64,000 bases of DNA, taken from NCBI GenBank assembly GCA_964351595.1, contig CAYGOT010000001.1:85847-149846 (forward strand). Direction: 5' to 3'. Source of the DNA: an uncultured Roseivirgaceae bacterium (lineage in GTDB: Bacteria > Bacteroidota > Bacteroidia > Cytophagales > Cyclobacteriaceae). The stretch's first letter is position 1; each line of letters starts with the position of its first letter. The notes beneath the pieces are model-generated. The model had not been told where the DNA came from and did no database searches. It worked only from the letters and a program-made list of their open reading frames with translations. Position numbers and translations under genes: made by a program. Positions 45,887 to 53,578 of this stretch are shown piece after piece.

Positions 45887-46931
45887 TTGTTTCTAGCTGA
45901 TACTTGTAAAACAATTCCTGATGTTCTTTGTCGTGAACGTTTGCGTCTGGGTTGAAAGCGAAACTATTCTTTGGTGGGAAAAGGAAATCTATGATTTCCT
46001 CCGAAAAGTAATTGGGAAATTCTGTCTCATAGACCTCTACAAACCTTTGCCTGATAGCCTCCTGATAACCGCCGTTTGGATTTGAGATTCTTTTAGGGTT
46101 GCATTTTTTTGTTGGGTCAAAACCCCCAAAGGCCTCCAACAAGGCAGAGATTTCCATTCTCTTCAGTGCTCTTCCGACACAAAAAATCAGAAAGCATGAC
46201 CAGTTGATCGGTGCTAGAAGTGAAATCCAGGAAAATGACTTTAGTTCTACTTCGTTTATGGGTGCAACTGATTTTGGCTTATAGTATCCCTCGTACCAAT
46301 GATTGTGGGCTTTAAAGTGCCTAAAAACTCCATCATCGTACACTGTCTTCAGGTTATTGATTTCCGTAGCAGTGTAAAAATTCTTGTTGTAGACTTCAAG
46401 AAAAGTTTCATCGGTTACATAGTTAAAGCAGTAAAAGTGATGTCCTCTGAACAAGCTTTTTAAGTTTTTGATAACCCTTTCAAAAAGAAAAAGGATATAT
46501 ATGCAATTTGATCTACAAATCACGAAAAGATCCAGATCGACGAATCCTTCGTGTTTACCATTTTGAATGCCCGTAGGATTATTGGCAGCAACAGATCCGG
46601 ATATCCCGATATATCTGATAAATGGCATCCGCCCCAATAGTTTTAGGGTGCTATTTCCTTGATTGATAAGCGATTGTGATAATTGATCCTTTTGCTCTTG
46701 TTGGTCTATTATGGTGCTGTTTCTCTTGACACATACCATACCCTTATTTACTGAAACGAGATTTTCTTCTTTTAACTCTTGGATCGCTGCTTCGAATTCT
46801 TTCTGGTTATGAGCATCAATTCCTAACCATTTTTGGCATTCGCTTATCCGTAGAGGGGCATTGAACACGTTTCTGTAGGAAAGATGAATTATGATTTTCT
46901 GTTTGATAGAAAGATGAAAGAATTGATTCAT
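45867..46931 (-). CDS. Hypothetical protein; possible N-terminal wHTH plus nucleotidyltransferase-fold core
   Basis: 354 aa and the first gene of the minus-strand radical-SAM operon. GISGSVAANN...FVDLDLFVI weakly resembles the G-S...D-x-D pattern of the pol-beta NTase fold. Confidence 0.3.
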   Translation of the reverse strand: MNQFFHLSIKQKIIIHLSYRNVFNAPLRISECQKWLGIDAHNQKEFEAAIQELKEENLVSVNKGMVCVKRNSTIIDQQEQKDQLSQSLINQGNSTLKLLGRMPFIRYIGISGSVAANNPTGIQNGKHEGFVDLDLFVICRSNCIYILFLFERVIKNLKSLFRGHHFYCFNYVTDETFLEVYNKNFYTATEINNLKTVYDDGVFRHFKAHNHWYEGYYKPKSVAPINEVELKSFSWISLLAPINWSCFLIFCVGRALKRMEISALLEAFGGFDPTKKCNPKRISNPNGGYQEAIRQRFVEVYETEFPNYFSEEIIDFLFPPKNSFAFNPDANVHDKEHQELFYKYQLETNEKDLI

Positions 46932-47144
46932 AAGAATACATTGGAAATTACAGAAAATAAGAAAATGACCTAAGCCAATGTCGGATTAATGATGGTCTTT
47001 GTCGGATTTTTTTTACCTATCAAAGTATTCAACCCTTCTTTCATTTTACTCAAGTTTCCCATCGATCGTTTACATTGATGCGAAAGTTGAATAAATCATC
47101 CCACCTGCTGCGGCCCTCTGGTTAATATGAGATAGGCTATTTTT

Positions 47145-47831
47145 TTAGGCATTAATGAATTCTGTCAAAAGTTGAGATAGAAAGGCAGTGTCAGGACTAC
47201 TAACAAAGCTTTGCTTAGCTGCTTCCATTTTTTCGGTACTTATCTTCTCTGGTCTGCTTTCAAATACTGCCTGGTTATACGTTTTGCTAAACTCAGGATG
47301 CCCCTGAATACCCAGGAAGTTTGACCCTACCGTGAAAATGCCTACTGGGCAGGTAGATGAGCTTGCCCATACCTTTGAATTTGAGGGTAATTCGGCAACC
47401 TGATCCTGACAGAGCATCAGTACATTGAATGTACTGACGTTCTCTTCTATCCAGGGTAGCCTTTCAGATATGCCAAATGTATGAACTCCAATCAGATATC
47501 CATGTGATGATTTGTTCACTACGCCTCCCAGCGCGTGTGCCATCATCTGATGGCCGAAGCAGCTACCGACAAATTTTTTTCTAGAGTTGAATATGTCTCT
47601 GGTAAATTGAGACAGGTCATCAATCCATTCAATCTTTTCGTAGACGGAGTGTTTTGACCCGGTACAGATAAAAGCGTCATAATCGTTGATGTCAGGAAAC
47701 TGCCTATCACAAACAAACCAAGCGTCCATGGTTAGTGTGGGCAGGAGCTTTTGGAACATCATGGGGTAGTCCCCATGAGCGGCAACAAGATCCTCTCTCA
47801 CATGATCACAGACGAGTAGCGCTACTTTCAT
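47145..47831 (-). CDS. Class I glutamine amidotransferase-fold protein (PuuD/gamma-glutamyl-amide hydrolase-like)
   Basis: 228 aa. The nucleophile elbow is GSCFGHQMMAHALGG and the His/Glu block is GIQGHPEF. Confidence 0.75.
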   Translation of the reverse strand: MKVALLVCDHVREDLVAAHGDYPMMFQKLLPTLTMDAWFVCDRQFPDINDYDAFICTGSKHSVYEKIEWIDDLSQFTRDIFNSRKKFVGSCFGHQMMAHALGGVVNKSSHGYLIGVHTFGISERLPWIEENVSTFNVLMLCQDQVAELPSNSKVWASSSTCPVGIFTVGSNFLGIQGHPEFSKTYNQAVFESRPEKISTEKMEAAKQSFVSSPDTAFLSQLLTEFINA

Positions 47832-49219
47832 TATTGCGGTAGCTTGAGATGAAAGGACTTAGGTCTGGTCAGGTGCACATAGCCTAGGGGACTGAGCGTG
47901 CACCCCCTACCGGAATCTTTAACCCCCGTCCACGCCAACTCAGGGTCGAGATAGTCGCAGCGATTCATAAACCAGGTGCCCGTCTCGATCTGATCCCCAA
48001 TGGTGATAGCCTTTTCGACATCTGCCGTCCATATACTAGCGGTGAGGCCATAGCGGCTGTCGTTCATGAGCTGGATCGCCTCTTCGTCATCTTTGACTGA
48101 CATAATACCTATGACTGGTCCAAAAGTTTCCTCTTTCATCAGGTCCATGTCATGATCAACATCGACCAGCGCATGGGGAGCAAGGTAAGGGAGTTGTAGT
48201 TCAGGGAAGTCGCCGCTTCCCACGAGCAGTTTAGCTCCCTGCGCTATGGCAGACTGTACCTGCTGTTGTGCTCTTTCTGCATTGGCCACCCTAACCATCG
48301 GTCCAAGCATCGACGCTGGATCAAGTGGGTTGCCTATCTGATAGGTCTTAGTTAATGAGACAAACTCCTTCACAAACTGATCATAGACTGACTCATGAAC
48401 ATAAATCCTCTCTACACCACAGCAGGACTGTCCCGAGTTGAAGAACGCGCCATCCACCAGATTCTCTATGGCTTCTGATAGGTTGGCGTCCGCGCGGACA
48501 TAGGCCGGGTCTTTACCACCCAACTCCAGCCCGGCTGAGATGAACCTACCGGAAATGGCTTGCTGCACTGCCCGTCCACCTTCGACCGATCCGGTAAATG
48601 CCACATAGTCTACAAGGGGGGCTTTGATCATATTTGCCACCTGATCATGATCAATGTGGAGATATTGGAAAACACCTTTGGGTAACCCCGCTGCGTCAAA
48701 TACTTCAGCATATCGCTCTGCGCAAAGTGCAGTTTGTTCAGCCATTTTTAGAATAACGGAATTTCCTGCCATGATTGCAGGAATAATTGCATTGACGCTG
48801 GTGAGATAAGGGTAGTTCCAGGGTGCTAGGACCAATACAGTCCCTATCGGCTCGTGACGGATGAATCGTTGAAAGCCTTGTTTTTCAGAAGTGACCTGAT
48901 CAGCAAGAGCTGCCTCGGCAATTTCGATCATATACCTGGCTCGTTCAGCAAAGCCACTTTTGATCTCGTTAGGGGTATACCTGATGGGTCTGCCCATCAT
49001 CTGTGTGATCTCCTCCCCCCAGGTGTCGGCGTGATCTACGAAATAGTCAACTGCCTTGGTGCAAATAGCCGCTCTTTCTGATAGGGGTGTTTCCTTCCAT
49101 TTCTTTTGTGCGATATATGCTGCCTGGAGTGCCTGATCAATTTGCTGATCATCGTGGTAAGTCCTTTCGGCGTATATCTTACCTGAACCCGGGCTTATGA
49201 TACTAAATCCTTTTGCCAT
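47831..49219 (-). CDS. NAD(P)-dependent aldehyde dehydrogenase
   Basis: The track ORF 47831..49258 is trimmed to the ATG at 49219 (MAKGFSII...), 1 nt after the SDR stop. It has FTGSVEGGRAV, ELGGKDP (catalytic Glu) and NSGQSCCGVERIYV (catalytic Cys). Confidence 0.88.
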   Translation of the reverse strand: MAKGFSIISPGSGKIYAERTYHDDQQIDQALQAAYIAQKKWKETPLSERAAICTKAVDYFVDHADTWGEEITQMMGRPIRYTPNEIKSGFAERARYMIEIAEAALADQVTSEKQGFQRFIRHEPIGTVLVLAPWNYPYLTSVNAIIPAIMAGNSVILKMAEQTALCAERYAEVFDAAGLPKGVFQYLHIDHDQVANMIKAPLVDYVAFTGSVEGGRAVQQAISGRFISAGLELGGKDPAYVRADANLSEAIENLVDGAFFNSGQSCCGVERIYVHESVYDQFVKEFVSLTKTYQIGNPLDPASMLGPMVRVANAERAQQQVQSAIAQGAKLLVGSGDFPELQLPYLAPHALVDVDHDMDLMKEETFGPVIGIMSVKDDEEAIQLMNDSRYGLTASIWTADVEKAITIGDQIETGTWFMNRCDYLDPELAWTGVKDSGRGCTLSPLGYVHLTRPKSFHLKLPQ

Positions 49220-49220
49220 A

Positions 49221-49994
49221 TTACTCCGGAGTGACATAGGCAGCTGTGATACCACCATCTACGAGAAATTCTGTGCCAGTGACATATGAGGCGTCATCTG
49301 AGGCGAGGAAGAGTGCCGCTTTGGCCATCTCATCAGCTTCACCGAACCGTCCCATGGGGATGTGCACCAATCTTCGCTGCTTTTTAGCCTCGGTGTTCAG
49401 GAATTTCATAAGTAGCTCAGTGCGTAGTGGACCCGGACATAGCGCATTGACGCGGATGCCCTCACGGGCATGAATGACAGCCAATTCCCTGGTAAGTGAA
49501 AGCACCGCACCCTTACTGGCAGTATAGGCAATTTGTGGTGTGGCGGCTCCCAGCAGCGATACAAAGGAAGCTGTGTTGATGATGCTGCCCCCGCCGGCGT
49601 GCTTGAGTGCGGGGATACCATATTTACAGCCAAGGAAGACTCCTTTAGCGTTGATGTTCATCGTTAGATCCCAGGTGTCTTCAGAGGTGGCCTCAGCATT
49701 ATCGTCATTGGAGTCCATGATGCCAGCATTATTGAAGAGGATGTGCAATGCACCGTACTCTTTTTCAGCTACCGCAATCATATGTTCACAGTCCGCGGCT
49801 TTAGATACATCCGCCTTCACGAAAATAGCCGCTCCACCAGCAGATGTGATTTCATCTACGGTAGCCTGACCTTGACTTTCATTGATGTCGGCCACCACTA
49901 CTTTGGAACCTTCCTTAGCAAAGAGTAAGGCGGAGGATTTACCAATCCCGCTACTGCCACCGGTGATCAAACTGACTTTATTCTCTAGTCTCAT
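49221..49994 (-). CDS. Short-chain dehydrogenase/reductase (classical SDR)
   Basis: 257 aa. It has TGGSSGIGKS (TGxxxGxG), NNAG and YTASKGAV (YxxxK). Confidence 0.88.
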   Translation of the reverse strand: MRLENKVSLITGGSSGIGKSSALLFAKEGSKVVVADINESQGQATVDEITSAGGAAIFVKADVSKAADCEHMIAVAEKEYGALHILFNNAGIMDSNDDNAEATSEDTWDLTMNINAKGVFLGCKYGIPALKHAGGGSIINTASFVSLLGAATPQIAYTASKGAVLSLTRELAVIHAREGIRVNALCPGPLRTELLMKFLNTEAKKQRRLVHIPMGRFGEADEMAKAALFLASDDASYVTGTEFLVDGGITAAYVTPE

Positions 49995-50118
49995 ATAGAT
50001 ATTTTATACTAATCGTCAATGATTGCCGATTAGTGGTTGAATTTACTCCAACAATTAAATTTCGAAAACCAACGGGCTACATTCTTGATGAGAAATCTCA
50101 TCTGCTACCATCTATAAG

Positions 50119-50177
50119 TTAAGATAATTTGCAATGAAATTTAAGATAATTTGCAGTTAAAATGCAAATTATCTTAA
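50119..50177 (+). promoter_or_regulatory. Triple 15-nt repeat (two direct, one inverted) directly upstream of the DUF4143 ATPase gene
   Basis: TTAAGATAATTTGCA occurs at 50119-50133 and 50141-50155. Its exact reverse complement TGCAAATTATCTTAA is at 50163-50177. Copies 2 and 3 form a perfect 15-bp palindrome with a 7-nt spacer, 10 nt before the GTG start. Confidence 0.6.
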
Positions 50178-50186
50178 ATTTGAGGT

Positions 50187-51350
50187 GTGTGGATTGTTAG
50201 AAAAAAGCTAGTGAAGCTAGAACAAGCTGTCGAGACCCGTCCATCAATACTACTGACGGGCGTGAGACAAGTTGGTAAAAGTTCGCTGCTACGAAAGATG
50301 TACCCAAAGGCGGATTACATCACCTTTGATAAGGTTTTGTTAGCGGAGGAGGCTACCAACAATACAGAAAAGTTTCTTAATCGACTGACCAACCAAACGA
50401 TCTTGGACGAGGTGCAATACGTGCCGGAGCTATTTCGTGCGCTGAAAGTGAAGATCGATGAAAATCGCAGCAAAAATGGTCATTGGTTGTTGACGGGTAG
50501 TCAGCAGTTTCAAATGATGAAAGAGGTCAGTGAGTCGCTGGCCGGAAGAATCAGGATGATCAACCTCTATCCACTCGGAGCAAGTGAATTGCAGACAGCA
50601 GGGCTCTTGAAACAAAAAAGGGATTTGCTTTGGAAGGGTGGGTTTCCCGAAGTTTGGGCTCAAAAACTTCCTGTAGATGAGTTTTTCGAAGATTATATCG
50701 ATACCTACCTGGAACGTGACCTTAAGCGTATTTTGAATATTGCCAATCTGACTGACTATAGAAAACTATTGGCACTGCTCGCCATTCGTGCCGGGCAGCT
50801 CCTTAATTATTCTGAGCTATCAAAAGATTTAGGTGTAGCTGTTAATACTGTCAAATCATGGGTTCAAACACTAGAAATAGCCGGATTGATTTTTCTGCTA
50901 CCACCTTATCACAGCAACCTTGGAAAACGCCTCATTAAGTCTCCCAAAACCTATTTCTGTGATAATGGACTTCTTTGTGCTTTGTTGAATTTACGTTCAC
51001 TAAGAGATGTTGATAACTCTCCTATTCTGGGATCCATCTGGGAAAACCTTGTCTTTACAGAATTTCTTAAGGAGGATTATCTGCCGGGTAAAAACATGTA
51101 TTACTATCGTGATCAAAATGGTGTGGAGATCGACTTTGTACTGGAGTCCTCCGGCCAAACCTTTTTGGTAGAAGCCAAGAGCAGTGAGCGACCCGATGAA
51201 CGTAAATTGAACTTCAGGAAAGTAGCGCCCCTATTTGATTTTCCAGTGCAGAAGATTCTTGCCTGCGGCATAGAGGAAAAGGGCACTTTTCATTTCAAGA
51301 ACTATAAAGTTTATAACCCCCTTTTTGGTGAGCCTTTTGATTGGGATTGA
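50187..51350 (+). CDS. AAA-type ATPase with a DUF4143-like C-terminal domain
   Basis: 387 aa with a GTG start. Walker A is LLTGVRQVGKSSL, with ILDEVQ (Walker B-like) and WLLTGSQ. The architecture is typical of the AAA_14 + DUF4143 family. Confidence 0.7.
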   Translation: MWIVRKKLVKLEQAVETRPSILLTGVRQVGKSSLLRKMYPKADYITFDKVLLAEEATNNTEKFLNRLTNQTILDEVQYVPELFRALKVKIDENRSKNGHWLLTGSQQFQMMKEVSESLAGRIRMINLYPLGASELQTAGLLKQKRDLLWKGGFPEVWAQKLPVDEFFEDYIDTYLERDLKRILNIANLTDYRKLLALLAIRAGQLLNYSELSKDLGVAVNTVKSWVQTLEIAGLIFLLPPYHSNLGKRLIKSPKTYFCDNGLLCALLNLRSLRDVDNSPILGSIWENLVFTEFLKEDYLPGKNMYYYRDQNGVEIDFVLESSGQTFLVEAKSSERPDERKLNFRKVAPLFDFPVQKILACGIEEKGTFHFKNYKVYNPLFGEPFDWD

Positions 51351-51464
51351 CTATATCCTCTCAAAATACCGCTTGCGTTCCCAGTCAGTTACTGATTTCT
51401 GATAAGGGTTTTCACTATCCTGATGATAGTGACTGTAACTCAACGGTTCAAATTCAGACTGCTG
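51351..51464 (-). pseudogene. Relic 3' fragment of a glutamine-synthetase-like gene
   Basis: The minus-strand translation is QQSEFEPLSYSHYHQDSENPYQKSVTDWERKRYFERI*. The intact GS-like gene ends ...KHYSHFYQTEIDAYQKSVTDWERKRYFERI*. Nucleotides 51355-51406 match 52206-52257 at 50/52. The fragment is closed upstream by an in-frame TGA (51465-51467). Confidence 0.8.
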
Positions 51465-51507
51465 TCATTCCTTTTGGATGGCTTCCCCTTAGAAAACGTC
51501 CCGCTTA

Positions 51508-51520
51508 ATCCCGAAGGGAT
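51508..51520. repeat. REP-like palindrome (type 2)
   Basis: ATCCCGAAGGGAT is the inverted partner of ATCCCTTTGGGAT at 52146-52158. Confidence 0.65.
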
Positions 51521-51554
51521 GTCATGGTTCTGGAAGAAATCATGCAACAATGGC

Positions 51555-51577
51555 AACCCCGAAGGGGTGACATCATT
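51555..51577. repeat. REP-like palindrome (type 1) abutting the RAYT stop codon
   Basis: aaccccgaaggggtgacatcat. Its first 19 nt equal the reverse complement of 52089-52107. Confidence 0.75.
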
Positions 51578-52034
51578 CCAACCATTCAAAGAGATATCGC
51601 TCATCATGATCAATCTCGTACTTCTTCAAGAATTCATGATACTCTTCCCTGAATGATTTTTTGCGGTGGTGTTCCTCTTGATTTTCGATGTATCTGTAGA
51701 CCGCACCCAATTGTGATTGGGCGTAAGAAAAAGCTCCATATCCTGATTGCCATTGAAATTTTGAGGCTAGCCACTTTTGCTCATTGATGAATTTGCTGGA
51801 GTTGTTTTTGACATCCCGCACCAGATCTGACAGTGCTGTGGCGGGGTTCAAGCCGATGAATAGATGCACATGGTCACTCACTCCGTTGATGATAATGGAT
51901 TTACTGCCTTTGTCGGTGACAATTCCTGACATGTACTTGAATACTTCTTGCCTCCATGCTTTGCCTAGCAGGCCTTGGCGATGCTTCACCGCAAAGACGC
52001 ATTGGATGTAGATCTGTGTGTAAGTGCCTGCCAT
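51573..52034 (-). mobile_element. REP-associated tyrosine transposase (RAYT; IS200/IS605-type Y1 HUH transposase homolog)
   Basis: 153 aa. It starts MAGTYTQIYIQCVFAVKHR, has the HUH motif HVHLFIG, and a catalytic Tyr context YRYIENQEEHH. Inverted REP-like palindromes flank it on both sides. Confidence 0.8.
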
Positions 52035-52040
52035 GGTTTC

Positions 52041-52053
52041 ACCCCGTCGTGGT
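52041..52053. repeat. Degenerate REP-like palindrome
   Basis: ACCCCGTCGTGGT is an imperfect version of ACCCCTTCGGGGT. It lies 7 nt upstream of the RAYT start. Confidence 0.45.
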
Positions 52054-52083
52054 TTTTAGTGTCTAAATTTGGTTTTGCGTTTA

Positions 52084-52107
52084 TCATCATGTCACCCCTT
52101 CGGGGTT
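52084..52107. repeat. REP-like palindrome (type 1)
   Basis: atcatcatgtcaccccttcggggttt, with core ACCCCTTCGGGGT at 52094-52106. Confidence 0.75.
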
Positions 52108-52145
52108 TAAAGGTTAATTTGGTATGATGTCGTTATAATAATTTC

Positions 52146-52158
52146 ATCCCTTTGGGAT
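52146..52158. repeat. REP-like palindrome (type 2)
   Basis: ATCCCTTTGGGAT. Confidence 0.65.
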
Positions 52159-52201
52159 TCATTTCTTTGGATATCGAAGGACCTGATTACAAATCATATT
52201 A

Positions 52202-53578
52202 TTAAATCCTCTCAAAATACCGTTTGCGCTCCCAGTCAGTTACTGATTTCTGATAAGCGTCTATCTCTGTCTGGTAAAAATGACTGTAGTGCTTCACTAC
52301 TTCCTTGCCGAAGGCTTCCTCAGCAAAATCACTTGAATGAAAATGAGCTATGGCGTGCTGTAAGTTCATGGGCACTTGTGCAAGGTGAGAAGCAGCATAC
52401 ACATCACCTTCAAAGCAGTTGGGTGGTGTAACTTCCTCCTTGATCCCTTGCAGGCCAGATGCTAAAGAGGCCGCAAATGCCAAATAGGGGTTGCAGTCTG
52501 CACCGGGAATCCTGCATTCTATTCGCAAGCTACTGCCACTACCAACGACCCTGAAGCCTGCTGTGCGGTTGTCCCGACTCCAGGCTAGTCTGGTGGGCGC
52601 CCAGGAGCCGGATATGTACCTTTTGTATGAATTGATGGTGGGTGCATAGAAGACCATTACATCAGGGGCGTACTTGATCCAGCCTCCCAAAAACCATCCA
52701 AATAATTCAGAGGCTTGGACCGGCCCAAAATCCTTGTCTCCGACAAATGCATTCTTGCTGTCTTTCCAAAGGCTGATGTGGATATGACAGCTACTGCCCG
52801 CCTGATCTTCATGAAACTTGGCCATGAACGTGACAGACAGGCCGAAGGCATCTGCCAGTTCTTTGAGGCACTGCTTATATACAATATGACGATCTGCCAT
52901 TTGCATGATATCACTATACTGAACGTTGAGCTCGTGTTGGCCGAGCCCCCATTCACCCTTGGAAGTTTCGACGGGCACGCCTGAATTTTTGAGATGCCTG
53001 CGAGCTGCAGCAGTGAAGTCCTCCGTGCGGGTGCCTTGCATAATGTGATAATCCTCCAGGTACCAACCTGCGGGCTCAAGGTCTTGAAAATGCTGGTCGG
53101 ATGCCGTGCGGTAGTCGGTATTGAACAGATAATACTCTAGTTCGGAAGCGGCCATCACCTCAAAACCTGCTGCTGCTGACTTCTTAATTTGAGCAGAGAG
53201 GATGGAACGGGGCGCCACATTTACAGGTAGGTGATCCTTCTCAGAGAACACATCACAAACCACCAAAGCCGTGCATTCCAGCCAGTCTGCAATACGTAGA
53301 GTATTAAAATCGGGAATGAGGTGGAAGTCTCCATAGCCCAGCTCCCAGTTGGCAAAATCATAGCCTGGAACAGGCTCCATCTCCATGTCAGTGGTGAGTA
53401 GATAATCGCAAGCGTGCGTGCCATGATCGCGCACAGACTCCAGGAAGAACCCTGCGTCGTAGCGCTTGCCCATCATCCGGCCATAGTGATCCGTAAAAGC
53501 AACAATGACGGTTTCTATTTCCTCGGCATCCACCTTGCTGGTGAGGCCGTCCAAAGTAAGCATTCCTTTAGTTTTCAT
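52202..53578 (-). CDS. Glutamine synthetase-family ligase (gamma-glutamyl-amine synthetase type, PuuA/GlnA4/IpuC-like)
   Basis: 458 aa. It has the GS catalytic blocks ASELEYYLF, GSSCHIHISLW, NSYKRY and WSRDNRTAGFRV. It is shorter than GSIII. It sits next to an amine permease and overlaps it by 11 nt. Confidence 0.8.
   Translation of the reverse strand: MKTKGMLTLDGLTSKVDAEEIETVIVAFTDHYGRMMGKRYDAGFFLESVRDHGTHACDYLLTTDMEMEPVPGYDFANWELGYGDFHLIPDFNTLRIADWLECTALVVCDVFSEKDHLPVNVAPRSILSAQIKKSAAAGFEVMAASELEYYLFNTDYRTASDQHFQDLEPAGWYLEDYHIMQGTRTEDFTAAARRHLKNSGVPVETSKGEWGLGQHELNVQYSDIMQMADRHIVYKQCLKELADAFGLSVTFMAKFHEDQAGSSCHIHISLWKDSKNAFVGDKDFGPVQASELFGWFLGGWIKYAPDVMVFYAPTINSYKRYISGSWAPTRLAWSRDNRTAGFRVVGSGSSLRIECRIPGADCNPYLAFAASLASGLQGIKEEVTPPNCFEGDVYAASHLAQVPMNLQHAIAHFHSSDFAEEAFGKEVVKHYSHFYQTEIDAYQKSVTDWERKRYFERI

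Noticed and set aside
37809-46931. Reading the radical-SAM block as a RiPP or aminoglycoside/cyclitol gene cluster
   Set aside because: There is no convincing precursor peptide, peptidase, ABC exporter, inosose or 2-deoxy-scyllo-inosose synthase, or aminotransferase in or around the block. Its neighbours are glycan-assembly genes. I therefore kept it as an unassigned tailoring module.
46970-47062. 30-codon minus-strand ORF (MGNLSKMKEGLNTLIGKKNPTKTIINPTLA) just upstream of the radical-SAM operon, considered as a RiPP precursor or leader peptide
   Set aside because: It has no Cys or Gly-rich core and no recognisable leader type (NHLP, Nif11, or a SPASM-associated motif). It contains an A-run that looks intergenic, and no RiPP protease or transporter is nearby. 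It would only become interesting if conserved in orthologous clusters.
49246-49928. Four 61-109 aa ORFs overlapping the SDR gene
   Set aside because: They are antisense or alternative-frame shadows in a GC-richer gene with clear SDR motifs.
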